Assembly (NCBI GenBank): GCA_038245295.1
Contig: JBBRSP010000017.1
Location: 32,001 to 96,000, forward strand
Origin: Candidatus Binatia bacterium
Lineage (GTDB): Bacteria > Desulfobacterota > Binatia > HRBIN30
Reading direction: 5' to 3'
Length of the DNA: 64,000 nucleotides
Shown here: piece after piece, positions 47,559-57,151 of the stretch
Numbering within the stretch: position 1 is the first letter of the stretch
How the letters are laid out: each line of letters opens with the position of its first letter
The notes under the pieces: generated by a model
Seen by the model: only the letters and a program-made list of their open reading frames with translations
Database searches by the model: none
What the model was told of the DNA's origin: nothing
Program-made: the position numbers and the translations under genes

Positions 47559-48794
47559 ATGAAGTTCCCGCAATCCGGCCGCGCCGCCGTAGATATTCTC
47601 GAAGATCTCGATGTCCTCAAACGCCGCGACATCGACTGGAAGTCCGGTCGTGCTTTCAGCCTGGCGTATTTTGCCGGCCAGGATGTTCTCGACCTGGCGA
47701 CCGACGCCTACGTCAAGTTCCTCTCCACCAATGCTCTGAATCCCGCCGCCTTCCCCAGCCTGGCGCGCATGCAGCGTGATGTCGTGGGTTGGATGATCGA
47801 TCTCCTCAACGGCGGACCCGAGGCTGCCGGCTTCATGACTACCGGTGGCACCGAGAGTATCCTCATGGCCGTCAAAGCGGCGCGCACGCGTGGTCGCAAA
47901 CGCGGCATCGCGCATCCCGAGATGGTCCTTCCGGCGTCGGCGCATGCCGCCTTCGAGAAGGGTGCCGAGTACTTCGGCGTCAAGTCGGTGCGGATCCCGG
48001 TGCGCGCCGACTACCGCGCCGACGTCGACGCGATGTCTGCGGCGGTGAACGCCAATACCGTCCTGCTGGTCGCTTCCGCTCCGCAATACCCGCAGGGGGT
48101 GATCGATCCGATCGCCGCAGTGGCGGCAATCGCCTCGCACCACGACATCAATTGCCATGTCGATGCCTGTATGGGCGGCATCACGTTGCCGATGCTTGAG
48201 CGTCTTGGGTACCCGATCGCCGCTTTCGATTTCCGTGTTCCGGGGGTGACGTCGATCTCGGTTGATCTCCACAAGTATGGCTACACCGCCAAGGGCGCTT
48301 CGGTGATCTTGCATCGCAACAAGGAGCTGCGGAAACATCAGACGTTCGTTACCGAGAACTGGCTCGGCGGCGCCTACGGCAGCTCCGGTGTGATGGGTAC
48401 CAAGGGTGGCGGCTCGATCGCCGCGGCGTGGGCCGTCATGCAGTATCTGGGAGAAGAGGGCTATCTGCGTCTCACCAAACAGGCCCGCGATGCGACCGAA
48501 GCGCTGCGCGACGGCCTAGGCGGCGTGCCCGGCGTGCGGCTTCGGGCCGAGCCCGACGCCACCTTGCTGAGCTTTTCCTTCGACGACGTGGATGCCTTCG
48601 CTGTTGGCTCGGCGCTGCGGGCGCGCGATTGGCTGGCCGATGAGCAGAAACCGCCACCGAGTCTGCATTGCACCGTCAACGCCGTGCACGGACCCGTCAT
48701 CAACGAGTTTCTCGAGGCTCTCACCGAGTCGATCGAAGAAGTGCGCGCCGCTTCTTCGCCGGGCGTGCAGAAGGCGTACGCCGGCGTCGAGTAG
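47559..48794 (+). CDS. PLP-dependent group II decarboxylase, sphingosine-1-phosphate-lyase-like
   Basis: TTGGTESILMA, SAHAAFEK, SAPQYPQGVIDP, HVDACMGG, SISVDLHKYG. Confidence 0.85.
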   Translation: MKFPQSGRAAVDILEDLDVLKRRDIDWKSGRAFSLAYFAGQDVLDLATDAYVKFLSTNALNPAAFPSLARMQRDVVGWMIDLLNGGPEAAGFMTTGGTESILMAVKAARTRGRKRGIAHPEMVLPASAHAAFEKGAEYFGVKSVRIPVRADYRADVDAMSAAVNANTVLLVASAPQYPQGVIDPIAAVAAIASHHDINCHVDACMGGITLPMLERLGYPIAAFDFRVPGVTSISVDLHKYGYTAKGASVILHRNKELRKHQTFVTENWLGGAYGSSGVMGTKGGGSIAAAWAVMQYLGEEGYLRLTKQARDATEALRDGLGGVPGVRLRAEPDATLLSFSFDDVDAFAVGSALRARDWLADEQKPPPSLHCTVNAVHGPVINEFLEALTESIEEVRAASSPGVQKAYAGVE

Positions 48795-48849
48795 GAACCC
48801 TCACCCCGGCTTTGCAAATACGATCAATGGTCCGGCAGCGATCAGCTGT

Positions 48850-48929
48850 CCGCAGGCTGAAGCCTGCGCCTACCGCGCTGGAATTCGCGGTGGGAGTGGA
48901 GATTGGTAGGCGCAGGCTTCAGCCTGCGG
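48850..48929. repeat. GTAG-type REP doublet
   Basis: Two perfect inverted 25-mers. Confidence 0.87.
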
Positions 48930-49023
48930 ACGAGGCGAATTCCTGCGCGAAGCCGAGTGAGGGCCCGCACTTGCTTTCCTCCCACCGAAGCAGGCAATCT
49001 CCGCGGCGCATGCGAGATCAACG

Positions 49024-50181
49024 ATGAGTACTTCCATCCGTGACCGCACCGCCATCGTCGGCATCGGTCAAACCTCTTTCGGCAAGGGTCTGGAAGACAG
49101 CGAGCTGTCGCTCGCCTGCCAGGCCATCGTCATGGCCCTTGCGGATGCCGGTTTGGAGCCGAGTCAGGTCGACGGCCTGGCGATGTTCTCCATGGAGAGC
49201 GGCCGCGAGGTCGAGGTGGCGCGCAACGTTGGCCTCGGCGACATTACCTACTTCGGCGAGATTGGTTATGGCGGCGGCGCCGGTTGTGCCGCCGTCGGCC
49301 ACGCGTCGATGGCCGTCGCCACCGGGCAATGCAAAGTCGCCGTTGCCTGGCGGGCCCGTAAACGTTCGGCCAAGGCCAGCCGACCGTGGGCCAATGTCGC
49401 GGCGCGTGTCGGCGGGGCGCATCAATGGACCCGCCCGTTCGGCTTGCTGCGGCCGGTCGACGAGATCGCCATGCTGACACGGCGCTACATGCACCAGTTC
49501 GGCGCGACACGCGAACACCTCGCCAATGTCGCGCTCGCTTTCCGCAAACACGCCAACCGCAACCCCAACGCGACGATGTACGAGAAGAAGATGACGCGCG
49601 ACGACTATCGGAAGGCGCGCTGGGTTTCGGAGCCGCTGTGCCTGTTCGACAACTGCCTCGAAACCGATGGTGCGCTCGCGGTGGTCATCACCTCGGCGGA
49701 GCGGGCCAAGGATCTGCCGCAGAAGCCGGTTTATCTCCACTCGTTCGCCCAGGGTATCCCGCGGCAGCATCAGGTTATGACCAATTACTTCAATGATGAT
49801 CCGCTGCTTGGTCCATCGTACGCCTGCGCCAAACTGCTGTGGCAGAACAGCGACTTCAAGCCGAAGGACGTCCGTGTGGCACAACTCTACGACGCCTTCA
49901 GTCCGCTCATCCCACTGTCACTCGAAGGCTACGGCTTCTGTGGGCGCGGCGAAGGCGCGGCATTCACCGACAACGGTGCCCTCGAGTGGCCGAATGGTCG
50001 GCTGCCAACCAACACCGCCGGTGGCGGAATGTCGGAAGCCTATGTGCACGGATTCAACCTTGTCATCGAGGGCGTGCGGCAGATGCGTGGCACCTCGACC
50101 TCGCAGGTGGACGCCGCCGAGTCCTGCCTGGTGACCAGCGGCGAAGGTGTGCCCACCAGCGCCTTGTTGCTGCGGAGGTAA
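49024..50181 (+). CDS. SCP-x thiolase-like protein (Ltp2-like)
   Basis: AIVGIGQT, A.RNP.A, DNCLETDGA, AQLYDAF, NTAGGGMSEAYVHG. Confidence 0.88.
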   Translation: MSTSIRDRTAIVGIGQTSFGKGLEDSELSLACQAIVMALADAGLEPSQVDGLAMFSMESGREVEVARNVGLGDITYFGEIGYGGGAGCAAVGHASMAVATGQCKVAVAWRARKRSAKASRPWANVAARVGGAHQWTRPFGLLRPVDEIAMLTRRYMHQFGATREHLANVALAFRKHANRNPNATMYEKKMTRDDYRKARWVSEPLCLFDNCLETDGALAVVITSAERAKDLPQKPVYLHSFAQGIPRQHQVMTNYFNDDPLLGPSYACAKLLWQNSDFKPKDVRVAQLYDAFSPLIPLSLEGYGFCGRGEGAAFTDNGALEWPNGRLPTNTAGGGMSEAYVHGFNLVIEGVRQMRGTSTSQVDAAESCLVTSGEGVPTSALLLRR

Positions 50182-50184
50182 GTT

Positions 50185-50622
50185 GTGGAAAGCGCCTTTC
50201 TTCTCCCTGATCTTGAAGATCCTGAAGGTGCCCCGTTCTGGGAGGGCACAGCGCGCGGCGAATTGCGCGTTCAGGCTTGCGCCGCCTGCGGCCAATGCCG
50301 CATTCCGCCGCGGCCGATGTGCCCGAGTTGTCACTCGACCAAGCAGCGCTGGGAGATTCTCAGCGGCCGCGGTCGTATCTGGTCGTTTGTCGTGCCGTAT
50401 CCGCCGCTGTTGCCGGCCTATCAGGCTTTGGCTCCCTACAACGTGATCGTCGTCGAGCTCGAGGAAGATCCGCGGCTACGTCTGGTGGGTAACCTCGTGG
50501 CGCGCGCGGACGGGCCGATCAACGAGGTGGATCCGACGACGATCCGCATCGGCCAGGCAGTCCGCGTCGTGTTTCAACCCGAAGGCGATGTGGTGTTTCC
50601 TCGGTGGATAGCGATTGTGTGA
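50185..50622 (+). CDS. DUF35/ChsH2-type Zn-ribbon OB-fold protein
   Basis: PFW, CAAC...PPRPMCPSC, SGRGRIWSF, VELEE; directly after the thiolase-like gene. Confidence 0.9.
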   Translation: MESAFLLPDLEDPEGAPFWEGTARGELRVQACAACGQCRIPPRPMCPSCHSTKQRWEILSGRGRIWSFVVPYPPLLPAYQALAPYNVIVVELEEDPRLRLVGNLVARADGPINEVDPTTIRIGQAVRVVFQPEGDVVFPRWIAIV

Positions 50623-50653
50623 CGTATCGCTTGCGGTCGTCGTTCCGGCCAAG

Positions 50654-50811
50654 GAGACTGTCGATAAACTGAAATGAAGCAACGTCATCCCGGCGAAAGC
50701 CGGGATCTCCTCGAGTGGAAGACCAAGAATGCTGGGGAGATACCGGCTTTCGCCGGTATGACGGGGGTTTGCGCTGTTTCAAACGATGAATCAGAGAAAA
50801 TCGACAGGCTC
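50654..50811 (+). mobile_element. MITE copy inserted in the loop of a CGTC-type REP
   Basis: GAGACTGTCGAT...ATCGACAGGCTC flanked by CGTCGTTCCGGC-CAAG and GAAG-GCCGGAACCCAG. Confidence 0.82.
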
Positions 50812-50857
50812 GAAGGCCGGAACCCAGTGATGGGGTCGAAGCGCCAGGGCTAAACGC

Positions 50858-50885
50858 CTGGATCCCGGCTTTCGCCGGGATGACG
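50858..50885. repeat. CGTC-type REP (partner of the interrupted REP)
   Basis: CTGGATCCCGGCTTTCGCCGGGATGACG. Confidence 0.8.
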
Positions 50886-50926
50886 GGCTTGACGGGTCGG
50901 GAGCACGATGGTCGCGCGGAGCACCT

Positions 50927-52105
50927 ATGACAAACGAAGTCGTCTACAACCCATTCGCCTACGAGATCCACGAGGATCCTTATCCAACGTACAAACGCCT
51001 GCGCGACGAGGCGCCAGCCTACTACAATGCACAGCACGACTTCTGGGCTCTGTCGCGTTACCAGGATCTCTACGAGGCGATGCACGATTGGCAAACCTAC
51101 TCGAACCTCGGGGGCGTCGCTCTGGAGAAGGGTAGCGGCATGGCGCCGCCGATGATCATCGCCATGGACCCGCCGCGCCAGACCAAGCTGCGCAAGATCA
51201 TCAGCAGCGCCTTTACCCCACGCCGCATCGCCATGCTGGAGCCGAAGGTGCGCGAGCTGACGCGGAAGTATTTGGCGCCGCTCGTTCATCGCGGTGAATT
51301 CGACTTCATCCAGGACTTCGCCGCAAGGCTACCCATGGACGTGATCAGCACGATGATGGGTGTGCCGGAAGCCGACCAGGACATGTTGCGCGGCTGGGCC
51401 GATGCTTTATTGCACCGCGAGGAAGGCAATCCGGAAGTCCCTAAAGAAGGCATCGAAGGCGCCACCAATCTGGTGCGTTACTTCGCTACCGACATTCGCA
51501 AACGCCGAGGCAACCTGGGCGACGATCTGATCAGTGCCCTGATCACCATCGAATCCGACGGCGAGAAGCTCAGTGATGACGAGATCTACGGGTTCTGCTT
51601 TCTGTTGGTGATCGCCGGGAATGAAACGACCACCAAGATGCTCGGCAACGTCCTGCTGCAACTGCACCGCCATCGCGATCAACGCGATCAGGTCGTCGCC
51701 GATCCGCGGCGTGCTGCCGATGCGGTGGAAGAGATCGTGCGCTTCGACAACTCGACGCAGATGTTGGCGCGGGTGTTGACCCGTGACGTCGAGATGCACG
51801 GTCGGAGGATGCAGGCCGGCAAGAAGCTTCTCTTGTTGTTGGGTGCGGGCAACCGCGACGAGCGTGTCTTCGATAATCCCGACAAGTTCGACATAAACCG
51901 CAAACCGCAACAACATCTCGGCTTCGGCTTCGGGACTCACGTCTGCCTCGGTGCGGCATTGGCACGTCTCGAAGGCCGCGTGGCGCTCGAGGAGATCCAC
52001 GCGGTCATTCACGATTACGAGGTGGATGAGGCGGGTATGGAACGTGTGCACTCAACCAACGTACGCGGCTACTCGCGCATGCCGATTCGCTTCCGCGCCG
52101 GCTAA
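50927..52105 (+). CDS. Cytochrome P450
   Basis: AGNETT I-helix, EEIVR ExxR, FGFGTHVCLG heme Cys. Confidence 0.96.
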   Translation: MTNEVVYNPFAYEIHEDPYPTYKRLRDEAPAYYNAQHDFWALSRYQDLYEAMHDWQTYSNLGGVALEKGSGMAPPMIIAMDPPRQTKLRKIISSAFTPRRIAMLEPKVRELTRKYLAPLVHRGEFDFIQDFAARLPMDVISTMMGVPEADQDMLRGWADALLHREEGNPEVPKEGIEGATNLVRYFATDIRKRRGNLGDDLISALITIESDGEKLSDDEIYGFCFLLVIAGNETTTKMLGNVLLQLHRHRDQRDQVVADPRRAADAVEEIVRFDNSTQMLARVLTRDVEMHGRRMQAGKKLLLLLGAGNRDERVFDNPDKFDINRKPQQHLGFGFGTHVCLGAALARLEGRVALEEIHAVIHDYEVDEAGMERVHSTNVRGYSRMPIRFRAG

Positions 52106-52123
52106 CCGCCGCTATTTGTACCG

Positions 52124-52211
52124 CCGCAGGCTAACGTCGGCTAAAGCCTGCGCCTACCCGTGTGCGTTTTCACTCGGAACGGGAGCCGGTAGGCGCAGGC
52201 TTCAGCCTGCG
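52124..52211. repeat. GTAG-type REP doublet
   Basis: First REP carries a ~10-bp insertion in its loop; lies between convergent genes. Confidence 0.8.
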
Positions 52212-52294
52212 CCGTTTGTGCCGCGACGGCAGGGGCAAAACCCGATGGGCTCGATGCGGACCACCCGGCTTTGCCCTGGGCAAAGCCGGCGCCC

Positions 52295-52957
52295 CTAACG
52301 ACCCAGAAGTAGACCGAGGATCACCACCGCGCCGACGAGCGCGACGATGAGCAGGGTCATCGAGCTCGACGACGAGGACGCCGGATCGGCGGCGTTGTCG
52401 ATGAACGGCGCTTCGGTGTCATGCTCGGCTGGGCGAACGGCGTGGGGCTCGTCCGTATGCTGCACCGGCACATCCAGCGGCTCCGCCGCCGCCATTGCCT
52501 CGCGCTCCAGCTCGTCTTCGTCGATGGCGCCTTCGGTCGGGTCCTTGATCTCGCCGTCCGATTGCAACTCGGCCAGCATCTCTTGAGCCGTCTCGAGGTC
52601 GGCGTGTGCCACATAGATCTGCACGATCATCGAGCGCGCCAGGGCGCCGCGGTCGGGGAGTCCGGGGCCGCAGAACAGCTCTTCGCCCTTGCATCGTTGC
52701 GCCGTGAAGATGCCGGCGCCGGCGAGGCAGGCGGCTACCACGTGGGCTTGCTGGCCGGGTAGGGTGGCGAGCACGGTATCGAGACGGATCTCGAGCTCCG
52801 CCTCCTCAGACTGTTCGTGTTCGTCGTCGACTTCTTCGCCGCGTCGAGCCCCGCGCGCCGGCGGCGGGCCCGCCTTGAGGGCTCCGCCGCACTCGGCGCA
52901 CGTCTTGGCCTGGGCGACGTACTCGCCGCCGCAGTCTGGGCAGTGTTGAACTTGCAC
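52295..52957 (-). CDS. Hypothetical Zn-ribbon protein with acidic linker and C-terminal TM anchor
   Basis: CPDCG...CAECG; AGGGAG plus GTG 52957; terminal hydrophobic helix. Confidence 0.65.
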   Translation of the reverse strand: MQVQHCPDCGGEYVAQAKTCAECGGALKAGPPPARGARRGEEVDDEHEQSEEAELEIRLDTVLATLPGQQAHVVAACLAGAGIFTAQRCKGEELFCGPGLPDRGALARSMIVQIYVAHADLETAQEMLAELQSDGEIKDPTEGAIDEDELEREAMAAAEPLDVPVQHTDEPHAVRPAEHDTEAPFIDNAADPASSSSSSMTLLIVALVGAVVILGLLLGR

Positions 52958-52974
52958 GCTGCGCTCCCTGCGGC

Positions 52975-53478
52975 TTAGCCGCCGTAGAAGGTTTTCTCGC
53001 CGAGATCCTTCATCCACAGCGTCGCGTCGTCGGCGCGGCCTTCCGGCTGTTGGCGCACCGACACGTCGACTACTTCACCGATCATGACACTGTGGTCGCC
53101 GCGCTCGATGCACTCGACCAGCTTGCATTCGATGACCGCCGGAGCCTTGTCGAGAAGCGGCGCGCCCGTGCTTCCCGTCTTGTAGGCCTCTCCCGAGATC
53201 GTGTTGCCGTCCTTGGTGGCCGGTTTGAAGAAGGCGAATGCCATCGCCTGTTGGCCTTTGCCGAGAACATTGAGCGCGAAGGTTTTCGTTTCCTTGATCA
53301 TCGCATGGGTCCCGGAGTCGGCTTTGACGCCGACGACGACGAGCGGCGGCTCGAACGACGCCTGGGTTACCCAGTTGACCGTCGCGGCGGCGACTTGTCC
53401 GGCCTTGTTCTCGGCGGTCAGGACGTAGAGTCCGTAAGGGATCATGCGCAGCGCCGTCTTCTTTTCAGCAGCATCCAT
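52975..53478 (-). CDS. Flavin reductase-family protein
   Basis: ALRMIPYGLYVLT, SFEPPLV, FALNVL, TGAPLL, GDH. Confidence 0.92.
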   Translation of the reverse strand: MDAAEKKTALRMIPYGLYVLTAENKAGQVAAATVNWVTQASFEPPLVVVGVKADSGTHAMIKETKTFALNVLGKGQQAMAFAFFKPATKDGNTISGEAYKTGSTGAPLLDKAPAVIECKLVECIERGDHSVMIGEVVDVSVRQQPEGRADDATLWMKDLGEKTFYGG

Positions 53479-53575
53479 GGTCAGAGTCTCCTTCTTCACG
53501 GGCTTCGGTTCGCCGTTACTCGGGGGTTGCGGCCTCGAAGTCAAGACGCCGCCCCGACGGGCGCACGTCGGATGA

Positions 53576-54175
53576 TCAACGTGCGGCGTGGATGGAGTGC
53601 ACGCCCTCGGCAATTTCTCCCGCCAGATCGTCGAGCGCCGCGCTCATCGCGGCGACCGCTGCCTCGGTGTCGCCACCGGCGCTCTGTTTCACGATTGTGC
53701 TCTCGTGCCAAAGGACAGTGTCCTTGCCGCGCCGTACTACCCAGTGCGCCGCCAGCTCGGCGACGCCCGAGGCATCCACTTCGAAGTGGGTGATGTCGAC
53801 CTGGACGCCGAAGTCGACACCGCCGGGCGGCCACGGATAGTTGGCGACGCGCCCGATACGCTCACGATTCTCGATATCCTGTGCCAGTACACGCGGCACG
53901 GCGCTGCGCAGGGGTTCGGCCCAGCGTTCGTACTCGGCGACGCGCACACGGTTGCTGCCGTCGCGGCGAACCATCTGCGGCCGGTCCAGATAGGACGGCA
54001 GCGAGATGGGTCCGAGGCCAACCGTGAGCTTGGCGGTGGCGGCGTCGGTGTTGCGCTCGACCGGGCGCAAGACGAAGTATTGTGTCGGGTCGGGACGCGG
54101 CTCGAGAACCGAACAGCCGGCGACGAGGCACGAGAGAAGCAGGACGACAACAAGACGAAGCGGCGAAAGGGTCAT
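53576..54175 (-). CDS. PqiC-family ABC auxiliary lipoprotein
   Basis: Lipobox VAGC; LPSYLDRPQMV, RWAEPL. Confidence 0.88.
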   Translation of the reverse strand: MTLSPLRLVVVLLLSCLVAGCSVLEPRPDPTQYFVLRPVERNTDAATAKLTVGLGPISLPSYLDRPQMVRRDGSNRVRVAEYERWAEPLRSAVPRVLAQDIENRERIGRVANYPWPPGGVDFGVQVDITHFEVDASGVAELAAHWVVRRGKDTVLWHESTIVKQSAGGDTEAAVAAMSAALDDLAGEIAEGVHSIHAAR

Positions 54176-55143
54176 GGGTTCTTCTCCTGCGGAATGGGCT
54201 TGCCGCGCAGCAACCCACCCGGGTTGTGCTCGATGGAATCGGCAAGAATGCGCACCGCCTGGGCCGCCTCGCTGACGTCACGCAGAGCTGTTTGTATGTC
54301 GTGCCACATGGGGGCGTCGGCTCCCAAACTCTGCTGCACATCTTCCAGGGCGGTGTTGGCCGTACGCAAGGTCACGTCGAGCTGGCTCGCGCTCTCCTGC
54401 AAGCTGGTGCGTAGGGGAACGACCTGACCATCGAGGTTGTCGATCAGCTTTCCGAGACGATCGGAAGTCGCTTGCAGGCTGTGCATGGTGCCGCCGAGCG
54501 ACTCGATGGTGTTCTTCAGTTCCATCGAGGTGGTGAGCGTCTCGATGCCATTCGCGGCGCCGACGATCGCCCGGATCAACCCTTCGAAGTCGACCTTATC
54601 GAGGCGGCCAATGAATTCCGAGGCGCGCATCTGCACTTGTTCAAATTCGGTCGGCACGGTGGGGATCTGTGGGTAGTTGACGCCGGTGTTGAACGTGTAG
54701 CGCTCTTGCGTGCCGGGGAAGAGATCGAGGCGGACATACAACACGCCGGTCACGATGCTTTCGATCGATAGTTGGCCGCGCAGGCCGGCGCTGATGACCT
54801 GCTTGAAGACCTCCGGATCCTGCAAGCGGATCTCGGCGCCATGCTCCTTCAGCTTGTCGTTGTCGATGCTGATGATCACTGGGATGCGCACGCTTTCGGT
54901 GTGCCCCTTGGTCGACACGTTCAGGTTGAGCTGAACGGCCTGCACCGAGCCGACCTCGACGCCGCGGAACTTGACCGGTGCGCCGGTTCGCAGGCCGCTG
55001 ACGTCGCTGTCAAAGAACAGTACGAACATCTGGCGATTGGCGCGCAGCAGGCCCGAGCCGAACAACGCAAGGCTGACGACGGCGAGAGCCAAGGCGCCGA
55101 CAACGAAGGCGCCGATGGCGGCTGGACTGGCACGTTTGCTCAT
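54172..55143 (-). CDS. mlaD: MCE/MlaD-family protein
   Basis: IGAFVV TM; GLRTGAPVKFRGVEVGSV; helical C-terminus. Confidence 0.9.
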   Translation of the reverse strand: MSKRASPAAIGAFVVGALALAVVSLALFGSGLLRANRQMFVLFFDSDVSGLRTGAPVKFRGVEVGSVQAVQLNLNVSTKGHTESVRIPVIISIDNDKLKEHGAEIRLQDPEVFKQVISAGLRGQLSIESIVTGVLYVRLDLFPGTQERYTFNTGVNYPQIPTVPTEFEQVQMRASEFIGRLDKVDFEGLIRAIVGAANGIETLTTSMELKNTIESLGGTMHSLQATSDRLGKLIDNLDGQVVPLRTSLQESASQLDVTLRTANTALEDVQQSLGADAPMWHDIQTALRDVSEAAQAVRILADSIEHNPGGLLRGKPIPQEKNP

Positions 55144-55150
55144 AGGCTCC

Positions 55151-55927
55151 TCATCGTTTCTTCTCCGCGCCGCGCGTCAGAAACTCCAACACCTTGGGAT
55201 TGTCGGAGTGCGCCAGAAGCTCCTTCGGATCACCACCGGCGATCATCGTGCGAGTTTCGGCATCGAGAAAAACACTGTTGTTGGCGATGTTGAAGATGCT
55301 CGCGAGCTCATGCGTCACCACCACGACGGTGGCGCCGAGGCTGTCGCGTAGCTCGAGGATCAGGCGGTCGAGGAGATACGAGCTGATCGGGTCGAGGCCG
55401 GCCGATGGCTCGTCGAAAAACAACACTTCGGGATCGAGCGCCATGGCTCGTGCCAGAGCGGCACGCTTCTGCATGCCGCCGCTGATCTCCGATGGGTAGT
55501 AGTCCTCGAAGCCCTTGAGACCGACGAGCGCCAGCTTGAGCGAGGCAACCTGACGGATGTCGTGCGGCTTCAAGTCGGTGAACTCACCGAGCGGCAAGGC
55601 GACATTCTCGGCCAGGGTCATCGAGCTCCACAAGGCGCCGCTTTGGTACATGACGCCGCAGCGCCGCAGGATCTGCTCGCGCAGCTTGGGATCGGCACGT
55701 GTGAAGTTGTCGTCGCCGTACCAGATTTCGCCGCGTGCCGGATCGTTGAGGCCGACGAGATGGCGCAGCAGAGTACTCTTGCCGCAGCCGCTGCCACCCA
55801 TGACGACGAACACGTCGGCGCGGCGAATGGTGAAATCGAGGTCGCGCTGCAACACGAAGTTGCCGTAGGCCATCGTCAGCTGATCGACACGGATGTGAGC
55901 ATCGGAATCTGTCGTGCTTGTCGCCAT
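55151..55927 (-). CDS. mlaF: MlaF-type ABC ATPase
   Basis: GGSGCGKS, ISGGMQKR, FDEPSAGLDP, VTH. Confidence 0.92.
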   Translation of the reverse strand: MATSTTDSDAHIRVDQLTMAYGNFVLQRDLDFTIRRADVFVVMGGSGCGKSTLLRHLVGLNDPARGEIWYGDDNFTRADPKLREQILRRCGVMYQSGALWSSMTLAENVALPLGEFTDLKPHDIRQVASLKLALVGLKGFEDYYPSEISGGMQKRAALARAMALDPEVLFFDEPSAGLDPISSYLLDRLILELRDSLGATVVVVTHELASIFNIANNSVFLDAETRTMIAGGDPKELLAHSDNPKVLEFLTRGAEKKR

Positions 55928-55929
55928 CG

Positions 55930-57069
55930 TCAGATCCCCAAGAGGTAGAACAACACGGCGAAGATGCCGCAGGCGGTGATGATCCACACGATGCTGGTGA
56001 CCACCGCCGATGTTGTCGCCTCACCGACCGCCGCCGAGCTCTTGCCGGCCTGGATGCCGCGCAGGCAGCCGGCCAGAGCGATCAACACGCCATACACCGA
56101 CGCCTTGAAAACGCCGCCGACGAGATCACCCAGACTGATCGCACTGACGGTCTGCTGGTAGTAACGGATCGGCGACAGGCCGAGCAGCCCGACCGACACC
56201 GTTGCGCCACCGAGGATGCCGAGCAGGTCGGAGTAGAGGCAGAGCAGCGGCATCATCAGGAACAGGGCGATCATCCGAGGCAATACGAGGAACTCGAGCG
56301 GTGAGATGCCCATCGTCGTCAGCGCGTCGAGCTCTTGTGTGGCTTTCATACTGCCGAGTTGCGCCGCGTAGGCCGCGCCTGTGCGACCGGCCATGACAAT
56401 CGCCGTCATCATGGCGCCCATCTCGCGCACGGTGGCGATACCGACGAGGTTGGCGACGTAGATGGTTGCGCCGAATTGCTGCAGCTGCACGGCGCCAACG
56501 AAGGCGAGGATGAGGCCCACCAGGAAACTGATCAACGTGACGATGGGTAGGGCCTCGGCGCCCGCTTGTTGCACCAGCAGCAGCAGGTCGGACGTGCGGT
56601 AGCGGGCCCGGAACGCCAGGAGTTTCCCAAACGCCAGCGTCGCCTCGCCGATGAAGCCGAGTACGGCGCGCGCCGAATCGGCGCTGTCGATGACGCGGCG
56701 GCCAATCGCGGTGAACATGCCGACGCGGCCCGCGTCGTGTCGCGCATCGGCCTTTTCCGGGACGGCCTCGACCAGGGCCAGCAGCCGCTGCACGCCTTGC
56801 GGCAAACCGCCGCGATCGACGTCGAGGTGGTGTCGCCCCGCCGCGGCGAGGAGCTCCACGAGATAAGTGATGAAGCCGGTATCCCATTCGGTCAGTTTAC
56901 TCGTGTCGAAGCTCACGTGCGCGATACCGTCCGTCGTAAAGGGCAACTCGTAGGTGTGAGCCGCCGGCATCGACGCACCGAGCGTCCAGGGGCCGACGAA
57001 GCGCAAGCGGACCTGGCTGTCGTGGCGCGCGGCGGAGAGCTCAGGATGCGGACGGCGAGAGACAGTCAC
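55930..57069 (-). CDS. mlaE: MlaE-family permease with N-terminal STAS-like domain
   Basis: REMGAMMTAIVMAGRTG, ELDAL..MG, VGEATTSAVV. Confidence 0.92.
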   Translation of the reverse strand: MTVSRRPHPELSAARHDSQVRLRFVGPWTLGASMPAAHTYELPFTTDGIAHVSFDTSKLTEWDTGFITYLVELLAAAGRHHLDVDRGGLPQGVQRLLALVEAVPEKADARHDAGRVGMFTAIGRRVIDSADSARAVLGFIGEATLAFGKLLAFRARYRTSDLLLLVQQAGAEALPIVTLISFLVGLILAFVGAVQLQQFGATIYVANLVGIATVREMGAMMTAIVMAGRTGAAYAAQLGSMKATQELDALTTMGISPLEFLVLPRMIALFLMMPLLCLYSDLLGILGGATVSVGLLGLSPIRYYQQTVSAISLGDLVGGVFKASVYGVLIALAGCLRGIQAGKSSAAVGEATTSAVVTSIVWIITACGIFAVLFYLLGI

Positions 57070-57151
57070 GGCGCGCCAAGATAGGCGGTCTTGCGGACGA
57101 AGGAAAGCAAGGAGGCAGGGTGTTACGGAGTAACATCCAAACGGCCTGCCT

